A stretch of 64,000 bases of DNA from Chiloscyllium plagiosum. Taxonomy: Eukaryota. Positions 12,355-24,767 of the stretch are shown piece after piece. The translations under genes and the position numbers were made by a program. Position 1 is the stretch's first letter. Each line of letters opens with the position of its first letter. Below the pieces are notes generated by a model that saw nothing but the letters and a program-made list of their open reading frames with translations, did not search any database and was not told where the DNA came from. The stretch lies in NCBI RefSeq assembly GCF_004010195.1, contig NC_057717.1, forward strand, positions 102,793,676 through 102,857,675. The letters are read 5' to 3'.

Positions 12355-12638
12355 GGCACGGTGGCTCGGTGGTTAGCACTGCTGCCTCACAGCACCAGGG
12401 TCCCCGGTTCGATTCCAGCCTCTGGGTGACTGTCCGTGTGGAGTTTGCACATTCGCCCCATGTCTGCGTGGGTTTCCTCCAACAGTCCAAAGATGTGCAG
12501 ACCAGGTGAATTGACCATGTTAAATTGCCCATAGTGTTAGGTGCATTATGGGTCTGGGTGGGTTACTCTTCGGAGGGTCGGTGTGGACTGGTTGGGTCAA
12601 AGGGCCTGTTTCCACACTGTGGGGAATCTAATCTAATC
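12355..12638 (+). mobile_element. HE1-type SINE, full length, ending 45 bp upstream of an exon
   Basis: ggcacggtggctcggtggttagcactgctgcctcacagc head; aatctaatctaatc tail. Confidence 0.92.
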
Positions 12639-12682
12639 GACGTCTACCTTTGCTGCTAATGACCTCTTTTGCTCTTCTGCAG

Positions 12683-12727
12683 GGAAATGCTGGCAACGAT
12701 GGCCCACAAGGCGCCCCAGGGGAGAAG
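12683..12727 (+). CDS. COL5A3: collagen exon 45 bp: GNAGNDGPQGAPGEK
   Basis: ctgcag|GGA...AAG|gtaaga. Confidence 0.95.
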
Positions 12728-13940
12728 GTAAGACTTTGACTGTCAAGGCATGCCCCTTGGAATTTGTTGGGATCCTGTACATGGCTCTGGATTCCATATT
12801 ATAAAAAAGGTCATGGAGGGATTGGAGATGACTTGTACTGAGAGATCATAATTATCAGAGAAAATAACGAGGTTGGGGCTCTTTACTCTGAGAAATAGAA
12901 GTCATGGAGCGTGCTACTGTTTGATGCCTTTAAAATTAAGTAAGAGTTTGGCTGTAGAGACGATTCTAATTGGTGTGGTGACTAGGGTTAGGAGCCATCA
13001 ATATGCAATTGTTGTCTGTAAGAATGTAGGAGGAGCAGGGCGGTGATAGGAATACAAGGCTTACTTTCCTGAGCGTAATTGAATAAATTGACAAATTTTG
13101 AGGGAAATCAAGAAAGCCGCACGCAGAAGAAAGGGATAGATGGTTATGTTATTGGGATGAAATGATGAGGATAGGGAGGAGGGCTCAGGTAAAGTGTAAA
13201 TATTGGTATGCACTGGTCGGGATGGGTTCCCTGTTTCTGTAACTTCTGCCGAACTCTAACTACTCTTCCTGAAGTGGGTTTTACAGGCACACACATCTCT
13301 CCCACTACAAAGCAGCAAGTCGGCACTTTGCGACTGTGGAAGTGTTTATTAGCCTTCTCCCCCAGTGCAGTGTGGTCAGTCAGATTAGATAGGGCACTTG
13401 GAAACAAATGTTATCCTCAGGAAAGCTGATTGGTGAAAGGAGCTCCTGCACCCAACCTTTACTCAGTCTAACATCTATTTGTGGATTGAGACATTGCAGC
13501 GTGAAATTCCTAACCCAACCACATCTGAGTCTGAATATTTATTTATAGGTACAAGTAAAGACACCATAGTCTTACCAGACCCCAGGCTGACTCTCTCATT
13601 AGAGGGAGAGAGTTAACTGGTGATGGTTTAACCAGTGGGTCGCCAGTTCAAGTGAAACCCTATTTCATGCATGTATAATTAAACATAACACATCAGCAAT
13701 TAAAACACATGTAATAGAATGTACTCAGTCAGAATTGGTCGATCAGACAATATTCATGGCTCCCTCATTTGCAATTCCCAAGGTTAGTTTACCACTTTTA
13801 AAAAGTATTCTATAAATTTATATCCCCTTGTACAATGTCCCATGTAATGATGACATAGAGGGTTTGGATGTAAGCATTTAGAGATGGTTCCTTAATACTT
13901 CTCAGCCAGTTAGACTGACCATGATTGAAATCACAGTAAG

Positions 13941-14105
13941 TAATCTAAATCCTTTCAAGTATGGAAGCAGGCCATTTGGCCTATCGAGCCCACACTGACC
14001 CTCCATAGAGCTTCCCATCCAGACGGCTCCTCTCTACCCTATGCACATAACCCTGCTTTTCCCATGGCTAATCCACCTAACCTGGACACTATGGACAACT
14101 TAGCA
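13941..14105 (-). mobile_element. HE1-type SINE 3' half
   Basis: ggaagcaggccatttggcc...cccatggctaatccacctaacctg. Confidence 0.7.
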
Positions 14106-15499
14106 TGAGCTGCTTATGTTAAGTCACTTTTAACTATTAACAAGAGATTGCCATTTAGTTTGAGTTACCCTGAGGGGCTAACAATGATTCAGGTACAAAT
14201 GATTGAATGTCAGTTTCTCGTACAAACTCTTTGGTGAAGAACAATAGATAGCATTATATGCAATTGGTTAGAGGCATAAGAATATAAATGAGGTTAAACT
14301 TGTACTGGAGAGTTGCGTCTGTTCAGAAGATAAGTATTTTCCCTGGTTTGTGACCAGCTTCAACCCGCCTACAGTTCAGGCCTTCAGAATAAATACACAG
14401 AGCCACTTTCTCAGGCTCAGCCTCTCCTCTGTTTAACTTGGCAGAAGCTCTGAGAGTATACTGGGAGAACGAAAGCCAAGGATGCCCCCCCCTCGAGGTC
14501 AGAGGAGTCCTTCTTCTGTGGACTTTGGCAGTTTGTTTGCATCCCCAGCAGGCCGCTGTTACACTAGCTCAGACTCACTGATGTGAGACGGACCTCAGAA
14601 AAGGAACCCACCTTCCCTTCCTCATGGCTTCACGCTGCGGTCAAGAATGACGTGGAGTCGGGAGGGGTGGGGGCCGGTGTCTGAGCAGAGCGTGTGACAG
14701 CCACGAAGAATCATGAGCTGGGGACACCCATGAAGCAGACGGTAGGGGAGGATGGAACAGGTCGTGGGAGGTACAAGGAGAGTTGCCTGACTTTGGAGAA
14801 ATAATTCAGGAGGAGTCAGCCTGCTTTTGTCTCTTCGCTGAGCTGGGTATCCGATTACAACACAGATCTGGCCTGGCAACCATTGTGAAGAAAAAGTCAG
14901 AAATGGTGAACAAAAGAGACATTTCCATAAAGTCCTCACCCCAAACCAATAGAAATAATCCATACAGGGTTTAAAGTTAGGTCAATAGAAAGGAAAGATT
15001 TGTTGTTGAATGAGTGGATTCCATTTAAATTTATTTTAGCTCAACAGCAGCATCAAGAATCTGACTTGGCTCTTTGCTGCAAAATAGCAGAGTGAGTTGG
15101 TCAGCATGTCCTGTTACTCAAGTTCTGAGACACCTTGTATTTTCCAGGGTTCTGCATGTACAAAGTCAGGTGTGTATACTATGCACAGATACTATCATGT
15201 GGGACTTTGTCATACAGTTACAAAATATAATATGAGTTGTAATGAAAGAGATCTTTTCATCTGATTTAAGAGTGTAAGACAAGGGCTGTAGTCTCAGGAT
15301 AATGAACCAATCATTTACAACTGAGATGAAATGGAGCTTTTTGGCTCAAAAGATCGTAAATCCATGAAACTCTCTACCCGAGAGGCTTATTTGTGAGCAC
15401 ATTCAAGGTTGAGGTCAATAGATTTTGGCAGCCTAAGGAAATCAAGGGATGGGTTGGGATGGGATGACAAATTTGAGTTATAGTAGAAGTTGAGTTAAG

Positions 15500-15865
15500 G
15501 TAAATGGGTGATCTGATCAAAGTCTTCAAGACATCGACAGGAAAAGACAAGTTATATAAAGATAAACTATTTCCACTGGTTGGGGACTCTACAATAGGGG
15601 CATAGTCTGAGAATTAGGGCCAGACCATTCAGCAGAGATGTTTGGAAGCAATTCCACTCACAAAGGGTGGGAGAGGTTTGGAACTCTCTTCCAGCAGTGG
15701 ATGCTGGATCAGTTATTAGTTTTAAACCTGAGACGAATATATTTTTGTTAAGCCAAAGTATGAAAGGTAGAAATTGGAAGTTGGGCCACAGATCAGCAAT
15801 GACCACATTGAATGGTGGAACAGGTTCAAGGGGGCTAATGGTCTACTCCTGTTCCTATATTTCTA
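15500..15865 (+). mobile_element. CR1-type LINE 3' fragment
   Basis: ORF 15667 starts MGEVWNSLP; tail aatggtggaacaggttcaagggg..aatggtctactcctgttcctat. Confidence 0.7.
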
Positions 15866-16475
15866 TAAGATTAGCCATGAGGAATCTCCACTATGATTCC
15901 TCATTATGTTTCATGTGCACTGCCACTATGTAAGTATAAGAAATTAGATTTTAAAAGTGTCAACTGTATCTGCATGTAGTCAATTCATCCATAACATGGT
16001 AGTAGCATTCTCGCGCGTTCCTGTGTTACAAGAAAATAACCAACACATGCTTTAAATCTTTACATTTTAGAAACAGTATCCCCAAATTCATCAATTGCGT
16101 TATTACAAATTAACATGAATGAAATGTGTGTTATCACAGAACAACCTGTATTGTAAATGGTCTAATTTACTTGGATTTTGTTCAGCATTTTCCCAAAGCT
16201 CATAGTTTGAGTTGACACTATTCAATTTTTAAAGTTTTAAAAAAGTATTCTACAAATCTATTCACCCACATACAATGGCCCATGTAGGGTTTGAGCGTGA
16301 GCATTTAGAGATGGTCCCTGAGTACTTTCCACCAGCTAGAGAGACCATGATTGAAGTTATGTAGGCAAACATATTATCTGTGACATTTCAAGCAATTGCC
16401 CAAATTTCTAACCTACTGCCTGAAGCCTGTAATCTTGATATTGATCTGGCATATTGCTGGGCTGTACAAGAAATG

Positions 16476-16606
16476 GGAGAAAGTGAGGACTGCAGACGCT
16501 GGAGATCAGAATCAAAGAGTGTGTCGCTGGAAAAGCGCAGCAGGTCAGGCAGCATCCGAGGAGCAGGAGAATCGACGTTTCAGGCAAGAGCCCTTCTTCA
16601 GGAAAT
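16476..16606 (-). mobile_element. Penelope-like terminal-repeat insertion (family A) with intact minus-strand hammerhead core
   Basis: Reverse complement of 16571-16604 is ttc CTGAAGA a gggc tctt gcct GAAA cg TC gat. Confidence 0.78.
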
Positions 16607-16743
16607 GCCCAGCTTATGATTCTGACCGATTGCCAGTTGTACCCCTGCTGTAGTATTGCGCGTTCCTTCACCTCAAAGTGGCGTCTGGCTGAGTGCTATC
16701 ACTGCAAGGTGTTAGCTGATGGTATCTTTGTTGTTTATTTCAG

Positions 16744-16797
16744 GGACCACAAGGACCTCAAGGACCCAGTGGATTCCCAGGACCCAAAGGACCCCCG
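16744..16797 (+). CDS. COL5A3: collagen exon 54 bp: GPQGPQGPSGFPGPKGPP
   Basis: tttcag|GGA...CCG|gtgagt. Confidence 0.95.
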
Positions 16798-16940
16798 GTG
16801 AGTAATATTTCCTCGTTCGACTTTATTCAGGAGGTTATGTGGGAGGAGAGGTTCCGATCCGGTGGATCCCTGGTTGTGAGACACACCTGTGGAATCCCAG
16901 CATTCTTCCTTCAATGTCAGCAAAGGGTGGGCATGGTGAC

Positions 16941-17138
16941 ACAAAAACCAAAATTGCTGGTGAAACTCAGTGCGTCTGACAGCGTCCGTGGAGAGAGAGC
17001 AGACCTTTGAGTGAAGGTCACCAGACCCGAAACATTGACTCTGTTTTCCTCTCCACAGATGCTGCTGGACCTACTGAGTTTCTCTACCAATTTCTGCTTT
17101 TTGTTTCCGATTTCCGGCGTCTGCAATTCTTTGTTTCA
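16941..17138. mobile_element. fold-back Penelope-like insertion (family D)
   Basis: aaattgctggtgaaactcag ... ctgagtttctctaccaattt inverted arms; gaaggtcaccagacccGAAAcattgac. Confidence 0.65.
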
Positions 17139-17223
17139 ATCAATGCGTTGGGTGACCTTCAGAGGTGTTTCTTTTTTCCCCCAGAGCAGGGTCCTTGGGA
17201 TGGTGTGCCTTGCTGTTGAATTG

Positions 17224-17501
17224 TAGAACCCCTACAGTGTAGAAGCAGGACATTTGGCCAATCAAGTCCATACCAACCCTCTGAAGAACATCTCACCCAG
17301 TCCCACCACCCCCTACCCTATAACCCCGCATTTCCCATAGCCAATCCACCCTAACTTGTAGGAGGGAACTGGACCAGTTCAAACTCCACACAGAGGCAGG
17401 GACCATGTTCAAACTCCACACAGACAGTCACCCAAGGCTGGGATTGAACCCGGGCCCCTGGCGCTGTGAGGCAGCAGTGCCAACCACTGAGCCACCGTGC
17501 C
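17224..17501 (-). mobile_element. HE1-type SINE
   Basis: ccctggcgctgtgaggcagcagtgccaaccactgagccaccgtgcc. Confidence 0.9.
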
Positions 17502-18280
17502 CACCCCTGATGAGGAAGGTGCAGAGATCATTTGTATCGTGAAAAGGCAACAGAGGGCGCTTTGCCAGTTCTGAGCAAACTGCATCCTTCTACGTTCTGG
17601 TCGTGGGGAGTGGAGAAAATGCGGCTGTGGACTCTTACCTTCCAGCTGTGCTTGAAGGATTTAGACAAAAGTTTATTGAGGCGATGGTTGGCTAGGATGG
17701 AAGTGTGGGATTGGACTGCTGTTGAGCAAGGGGTGGAATAACAAAACCCTGGCCCCCAACTCTCCTTACACACGTGTGTCTGTTTATACACTCTTCAACA
17801 GCCAGACAGAATGCAAAATCACAAACACTTGAGAAAATCCAGCGTGAAATCTGACTGAACCAAATAAAGGGGATTTAGAATCAAATCTGTAAACAGAATG
17901 GGTGCAAGCAGTTCACGAAGCCATTCTGAGATGCTTTAAAATTGTTCATCTATATGCATGAGACAATAAGGTCCGATGTAGTCAGCTTAATCCGTGAGGC
18001 TACGTTAGAATTTGTTTCAAATAAATGTATATCATGCACTTTTTTTCCATAGCTATGTGACGGTCATGTGACACCTGCTGAAATCTACTTTATCTTCCAG
18101 TGAAACTAATAAGGGAGGAACAAGGGATGAGAGTTATTTATAAGGAAAGACTGAGCAGGCTTGGGGTCTGATTGTGAATGTAGAGTAATAAAGCAGAGGA
18201 GCTGTGGATATGACCTAATGCCAGACCTTTTCTATGCTTGGCGTGTTTGTTAGGGTAGATATAGAGAACATGATGCCAAC

Positions 18281-18950
18281 AGGTGGCTCAGTGGTTAGCA
18301 CTGCTGCCTCACAGCGCCAGGGTCCTGGGTTCAATTCCAGCCTCGGGTGACTGTCTGTGTGGAGTTTGCACGTTCTCTGCATGGGGGTCCTCCTTCCACC
18401 GTCTTAAGGTGATGGGCAGGGGTAGGATAAATAGCCAATGTCTCTTCCTCCAGTGTAGTGGAATCTAAAACCATAAGACGGAGGTTTAAGGTGAGAGAGG
18501 AAAGACTTAAAAGGGACACTCAGGGGAAACTTCCTTATACAGAGGGTGGTGCCTGTATGGAATGAGCTGCCAGAGGAAGTGGTGGAGGCTGGTACAATTG
18601 CAGCATTTAAAAGGTTTCTGGATGGGTATATGAATAGGAAGGGTTTGGAGGGATATGGGCCAAGTGCTGGCAAATGGTACTAGATTAATCAAGATATCTG
18701 GTCAGCATGGACGAGTTGAACCAAACGGTCTGTTTCCAAACTGTATGACTCTATGTAGGTTAGGGGGATTGGCTGTGCTAAATTGTCCGTAGTATCCAGG
18801 GATGTGCTGTCTAGGCAGATTAGCCATGGGAAATGCAGGGTTATAGGGATAGGGGGGGGGGGGGGTTGGGTCTGGGTAGGATGCTGTTTGGAAGGATGAT
18901 GTAGACTTGATGGGCTGAATGGCCTCTTATCACACTGTAGGGAATCTATG
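18281..18950 (+). mobile_element. HE1-type SINE interrupted by a CR1/HER1 LINE 3' fragment (~18390-18754)
   Basis: SINE head 18281-18385, then LINE WNELPEEVVEAG segment and tail ctgtatgactcta, then the SINE 3' half. Confidence 0.75.
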
Positions 18951-19080
18951 ATTTCAATAACAGGAAGTCCCAAATTGGTGACAGTAAACTCTGGATGGTC
19001 AGTATTAAATCTGATTGGAGTGTCCTGGAGAAACTTCTGAAGTATTGCTTCACCTTCTTAACTCTCTTCACTCTCTTCAG

Positions 19081-19134
19081 GGTCCCCCTGGAAAGGACGG
19101 GATCCCCGGCCATCCCGGGCAACGTGGCGAGCCT
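19081..19134 (+). CDS. COL5A3: collagen exon 54 bp: GPPGKDGIPGHPGQRGEP
   Basis: cttcag|GGT...CCT|gtaagt; GKDGxPGHPGQRGE is conserved in type V/XI chains. Confidence 0.96.
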
Positions 19135-19691
19135 GTAAGTTTCTCTTTGGTTTTTCATCAGAGGGAGCTTTCCCAATCATCAGTCCTGATGCTCCAGAGG
19201 ACAAAATGTAGATGAGGAAGCCCACTGCTGCTTAGATACGTGGCTCAGTATGTTCTTCCTGTAGCACGAGAAGATGGCTGTCTCTTCACCCTTTGAATTC
19301 TGATGCCCTGGTGCTGCTGCAGCTAATGGAGCAAGGCTGGGTCACTGTGATCAAGGGGTTTGTGCCAAGGATGGGACAGGATGGGATCTGGGGTTAGGAT
19401 AACTCACCGGGGGACCCACTGTATCTGCACTTCAGGTGGCAGGGCCACTGTGCTTGTGTCTAGCACAGAATCGGGTCGGGGTACCCAGGTCAGTCACAAC
19501 GCTAGATCCTGTGCTTCCTGACCTGCCCCTGGTTAGTGGGGTCTAATATTAGTATCACCAATTGAATGAAGTAAACAAATGATGGATATAAATGTTGAGT
19601 GTTAAAGGGTGAACAGGCAAGGTGTTAATTTGATTAAGTGTGTGTGTGAGACTGTGTGTCTGAAGAGGTATTGAAGTCTATGTAGGGTTCT

Positions 19692-19785
19692 TGTGGTGCA
19701 GTGGTAGTGTCCCTACCTCTGGGCCAAAAGATCCAGGTTCAAGCCCTGCTGATGTCTCATAACAAGTTGGTTTCAAAATATGTTT
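19692..19785 (+). mobile_element. second tRNA-derived SINE family (head gtggtgcagtggtagtgtccctacctctg); other copies at ~27214, 27653, 27983, 37575, 46860 (+) and 48795-48880 (-)
   Basis: Recurrent A-box/B-box-like head ending ggttcaagtcc. Confidence 0.6.
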
Positions 19786-19959
19786 AAAGAGACCCCCTTC
19801 CGTAACCAGTGGGTACCACAAGGGCTGGTGTCACCATACTTCCACAAAATGACATTTCATTAAAAACTTTCCTTTGAGACTTTGTCGATATTTACAGTGG
19901 GTTCCTTGGTTTTGTTGGTTTAGCGAAGTAGAGAGACGGGTCAGCCTGGATGAGAGAGT

Positions 19960-20390
19960 ACGAGGAGAATTGTGAAGATGTTTAATAAGATGCTGCCTGG
20001 ATTAGAGGGTACGAGCTATAAGGAGAGGCTGGAAAAACTCTGAATGTTTTCTCTGGAGCGGTGGAGACTGAGGGGAGACTTGATAGAAGGTAGAGTTGAT
20101 GGTCAGAATCTTTTTCCCAGAGTCGAAATGTCTAATAATAGAGGGCATGCTCTTAAGGTGAGAGGGGGAAAGTTCAAAGGAGATGTGAGGGGCACAGTTT
20201 TTATACAGAGTGGTAGGAGTGTGGAACATGCTGCCAGATTTGGTGGTGGAGGCAGGTATGATAGGGCTTTTAAAGGACTTTAAATAAGCACATGGATATG
20301 CAAAGCATGGAGGGATATGGATCAAGGGCAAGCAAACGGGATTAGATTAATTTGGTGTCCTGTTCCCTGTGTTGTACTGTGTTCTATGTA
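19960..20390 (+). mobile_element. CR1/HER1 LINE 3' fragment
   Basis: ORF 20044 FSLERWRLRGDLIE..NLFPRVEMSNNRGHALKVRGGKFKGDVRG. Confidence 0.85.
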
Positions 20391-20479
20391 AGCTGTACGT
20401 CAAAGAAAAGCTTTGAGTCTCAATCTATTACCTTCAAGCTTGGATCCAGTTAACAAGTGTGAGCTGTGTGTACTTTGCT

Positions 20480-21010
20480 TTGGAAGTCTTGCTTCATTTG
20501 TGTAGGAGTTTGTTTGGATCACACCTGGAGTATGGTGTGCAATGTTGGTCTCCTTACTTCAGGAAGGATGTTATTCCCATAGAGGGAGCACAATGCAGGT
20601 TCACCAGACTTGTTCCAGGGATGGTGGGACTGTCCTATCAAGAGAGATTGGGCCTGTATCCTCTAGAGATTTGAAGATTGAAAGCTAATTGAAACTTAAA
20701 TATTATTTAAAGGGGTAGACAGGGTAGGCCCAGGTAAGATGTTTCTCCTGGTTGCAGAGTCTAAAACTGGGGTGGGGGTGGGGCATGTTTTAAAAATCAA
20801 AGGATCTCACACTTACTCAGAGGGTGTGGAAACTCAGTCTTTGACTGTGTTTAAGGGGAAGATTGATGGGCTTCTAACGACCAGCTCTGCACAGGGTTAT
20901 AGGGGTGGGTTGGGAAAAGATGTTGAGGTGTTTGATCAGCATTAACAGCATTGAATGGTAGGGCAGACACGATGGGCTGAATGGCCTTCTCCTGTTGTCA
21001 CATTCCTATC
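20480..21010 (+). mobile_element. CR1 LINE 3' fragment
   Basis: ORF 20459 HLEYGVQCWSPYFRKDVIPIEGAQCRFTRLVPGMVGLSYQERL. Confidence 0.85.
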
Positions 21011-21219
21011 GGTGGGCCACCCGTTGAGTATTGTGTTGTGAACGTGACTTTGATAGATGGCCATGAGGGCAGGTGGGGGGAAGGGTGTGAAGCCAAGGTC
21101 ACAAGTCCTTGCGGCTTGTTTCCCGATGGAATTCCTCAGCTGGGTAACCGTTCCTGAATCCTGCCATTCTCTTTCTCCAGTTGCGGATTGCTTGACTTCC
21201 CTTTCCGTTTTGTTTCCAG

Positions 21220-21273
21220 GGTTTCCAAGGCAAGACGGGACCCCCTGGCCCCCCGGGAGTTGTGGGACCCCAG
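21220..21273 (+). CDS. COL5A3: collagen exon 54 bp: GFQGKTGPPGPPGVVGPQ
   Basis: ttccag|GGT...CAG|gtaagt. Confidence 0.96.
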
Positions 21274-21454
21274 GTAAGTTGGGCGGGCCCCGGCCCTCGA
21301 CCAGGATTTGCTGGGTTAAGACGGAGCGGTTGAAGTGCGTTGAACGCGTCGCCGTCCTCTCCCGGATCCAGCCAGTGCGGTTGAGCAATCTTCGATCGGG
21401 GTCTGCGTTGACCGGAGCAGGCTGCCACACACTGCTCGCTCTTTCACCTCTGAC

Positions 21455-22300
21455 CCGGACTGAGACCCACTTCTCAACGTGAACGCTGCGCCTTGGGTGA
21501 GACTCCGTCCAGCGCGGTACTGACGGAGTGCTGCGCAGTCAGGGATGTTGTCCTTCTCAAGGGACATTAAACTGAGTCCTACCCCTCCCCTTCCCGTTCC
21601 CTTTCAGGTGGATATAAATGGCCTGGAGCACTGTGGTGGCTCAGTCACTGAGCACATCCCAAATTGATGTTCAAGATAAAAATGCGTATGGAGATACTGC
21701 AGGAGAGTGGTTTTGAGTTGGAAAATGATCCATGGTCAGAAAGTTCCTACAGTGTGGAAAGAGGCCATTTGGCCCATTGAGTCCACACCAAACAGCATCC
21801 CACCCCCCGTACCTGATAACCCTGCATTTCCCATGGCTAACCCATCGAGACTGCACACTCGTGGACACTTCGGGACAATTTAGCATTACCGATGCACCCT
21901 AACCTGCACATCTTTAGACTGTGGGAGGAAACTGAAGCACCCAAAAACACAGGGAGAATGCACAAACTCCACATAGACAATTGCCTGAGGGTGGAATCGA
22001 AGCTGGGTCCCTGGCGCTGAGAGACAACAGTACTAACCACTGAGACACTGCTGCCAGTTTAATGGTGGAGCAGGCTTGCCAGGCACCTGTTCCTGTTGCT
22101 GTTTCCTATGTCGCCCTGAACTGAAGGGTTGTCCAGGATGTACTGCCTGATATTTATCCTTCCTTCGAGATCGTGAGAGAAAACAGACCATTCATTCATT
22201 ACTGTTTGTGAGAGCCCGCTGTCCATAAAGTGGCTGTGGTGTTTCCCACACTTACAGCAGCGAACACCATTCTGCATCGTTGGCCGTGAGAGGCGCTGTC
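21455..22300 (+). mobile_element. DeuSINE split by a minus-strand HE1 SINE (21742-22048) and CR1-tail sequence
   Basis: Deu-like gtactgacggagtgctgcgc..caggtggatataaa (21515-21620); tail resumes ~22130; HE1 reverse complement lies between. Confidence 0.55.
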
Positions 22301-22358
22301 TCATTGCACACCTTCCCCTCTTTCGAGAAATGACTCTTGTTTCCGCTTTATCCATCAG

Positions 22359-22466
22359 GGTTCGGCTGGTGACAGTGGGCCAATGGGGGAGAGGGGACAC
22401 CCTGGAGCTCCTGGACCTCCAGGTGAACAGGGTATCCCAGGCACCGCGGGGAAGGAAGGGGGAAAG
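22359..22466 (+). CDS. COL5A3: collagen exon 108 bp: [36 protein letters not shown]
   Basis: catcag|GGT...AAG|gtaagt. Confidence 0.96.
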
Positions 22467-23711
22467 GTAAGTTCACCGGTTGCTGTTTGGATCTTGCAGA
22501 TCCTTGTCTCCATCAGAATTGGGAGAAGGATGCTCCCTCTGTGTCACTGTGGTCAGCAGATTGTATCCTGTCCCCATCCCTCAGCCAGCAAGCTCACTCT
22601 GTCCCTGTCTTCCTGCGCTCAGGTCAACTGAAGCAAGTTAGCCCCATCCCCACTTGTGAAAAATTCCTAGAGGACCCCGATTTGAGAGAGAGCGAGAGGG
22701 GACTGGTGGGGAGGTTAACCTGAGGGTCACTGCACCTTCGGTAAGGGGAGAGATCGAGAAGCCAGGACTTGCGTGGTAACCATGGCCAGTGTGGCAATTG
22801 AACCCATGCTTTTGGTGTCACTTTGCATCTCAAGATAATTGCTATCCAGCCAACTGAGCTAACCGACCTGACCCAGCGGTGATGCCGGCTGAACTCACTA
22901 ATCACAACCTGGGGCATTTCGTAACACTGTCCATGCCATTGGCTGGAGAACCAGCCAGTGTACTCACTCTGCCACATTCTGAAGGTTAATCAGTTACACT
23001 GCACTCGATCAGAAACGCAGACCAAGAGCTGTATGGAGTGGCGAAGGTGATGCTCTGTGGTCGAGAGAGACTCCCGTTTGTGATGCTGTGATTTTCCCAA
23101 TGCCCTCTCTTTCCCCTTCTCTCCCTCGCTCTGATTGGTGATGGTGGTTTGGTATGCCAAGTTGGTGGACCCAGGGAGATGCCCCCAATTGGCAGCATGT
23201 GAAAAGGATGAGGAGACACTTGAATGAAACTGATATCCAGGGAGCTTAACATTTCATCCCTTTGTCCTAGAAACTTGTAGTCATCTGAGAAAAGTAACCA
23301 GGACCAATAATAGGGTCATAAAGGCACAGAAGAAGGCCATTCAGCCCATTGTAATCCAAACCAGCTCTTTGTTGATAAAGTCAATCACTCCGTTTCATCC
23401 TCTTGCTGTACTCCTCATTGCCCCCTGAAGGTTTGGGTCGCTCACATTTCATTTGAAATCCTTCACCATCTCTGCTCCCAAGCCCAGCTTGTAAGCAGCA
23501 AACTCCAGGTCATTAACTACCAGCAGTATTCTTCCCCAGGTTGCCACCACTTGCCCTCATAGTACTTCTATTCAATCATGGGATATGGGCGTCACTGGCT
23601 GGGACAGCTTTTATTTCCCATCTCTGACTGTTAAGGGTCAAACACATGTCCTGTGGGTCTAGACTGACCTGGAAGGACAGCAGACTCCATAGCCCAAGGT
23701 TTCTCCCAGAC

Positions 23712-24290
23712 AGTCTTAACCTCAGATTTTTAAAATCTTATTTTCTTTTTTTTCCTCTTTTTTTTCCCCACACCTAGCAGTGATAGTGCTTATATTTTGC
23801 CCATCACCCATGTTGTGTGTGTGCAGGTGTGAGACACAGTGAAAAACAACAGGTAAGTCTTAACCTCAGATTTTTTAAATCTTATTTTCTTTTTTTTCCT
23901 CTTTTTTTTTTCCCCACACCTAGCAGTGATAGTGCTTATATTTTGCCCATCACCCATGTTGTGTGTGTGCAGTGAAAAACAACAGGTATACAAACCTTTA
24001 TTCAATTTCCACCACCAGGAAGAAAGGAAACACCTGGATAGCCAGTGACAAGTCTCAAAAGGCAATGCTGTGTGATCAAACAGCGAAGGGGAGAGCGGCG
24101 CCCACCTCTCCCTGAACAGCTCAAGGGTATTGGTAGATACCACGTGCTCCTTTTCCAGGGACACCCGAGCTCTGACATACCCGCAGAAGAGGGGCAGGCA
24201 GTTGGCTCTAACAACCCCCTCTATGGCCCAGCCCAGGAGGAGGTCCTTTGACCTACATAGGCAATGAACCATCTTATCACCTGACCTGAC
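23712..24290 (-). mobile_element. L1/Tx1-like 3' end with a 144-bp tandem duplication of its tail
   Basis: Minus ORF 23790..24293 EGVVRANCLPLFCGYVRARVSLEKEHVVSTNTLELFRERWAP; duplicated units start at 23712 and 23856. Confidence 0.7.
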
Positions 24291-24677
24291 CATACATCCA
24301 TACCCTGCACTTTTATTGGATTCAACTTTATCATCTGCCTTGGTGGGATTTGAACACGGGTCACCAGGACATTACCTGGGTCTCTAGATTAATAGCCTAA
24401 TGATGATGCCACTAGTCCATCGCCTCCCCTTTGGGAGTGAAAAGGATGAAAAGTGTCATTAAAATCCATCTCCAAACTGCTTGGGGGGGCGGGAGGAGGA
24501 GGCGGCAATCAGAACTAACACAGACAAAAATGGTGTCTGTAAATTGTCATGTGTTTGACATGCTCAAACAAAATGTTTTGAGGCAACCCAAGGAAATTGA
24601 GTTTAATTCCAGCCAAGATCCCGGGCATTTTGATGGGAATTCTTCTGGAATTTTACCACCTTTCTTTTACCTTGCAG

Positions 24678-24767
24678 GGAGACCCCGGTCCTTTTGGATC
24701 TCCTGGGAAACCTGGTCCTGACGGATTACGGGGATTCGCCGGTGCCCGGGGACTGCCAGGTGCTACG
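24678..24767 (+). CDS. COL5A3: collagen exon 90 bp: [30 protein letters not shown]
   Basis: ttgcag|GGA...ACG|gtaagt; a 90-bp exon here is characteristic of clade-B genes. Confidence 0.95.

Noticed and set aside
12355..12420. tRNA genes at SINE heads
   Set aside because: A/B boxes continue straight into SINE body and LINE-like tail in ~15 diverged copies; these are tRNA-derived SINEs, not tRNAs.
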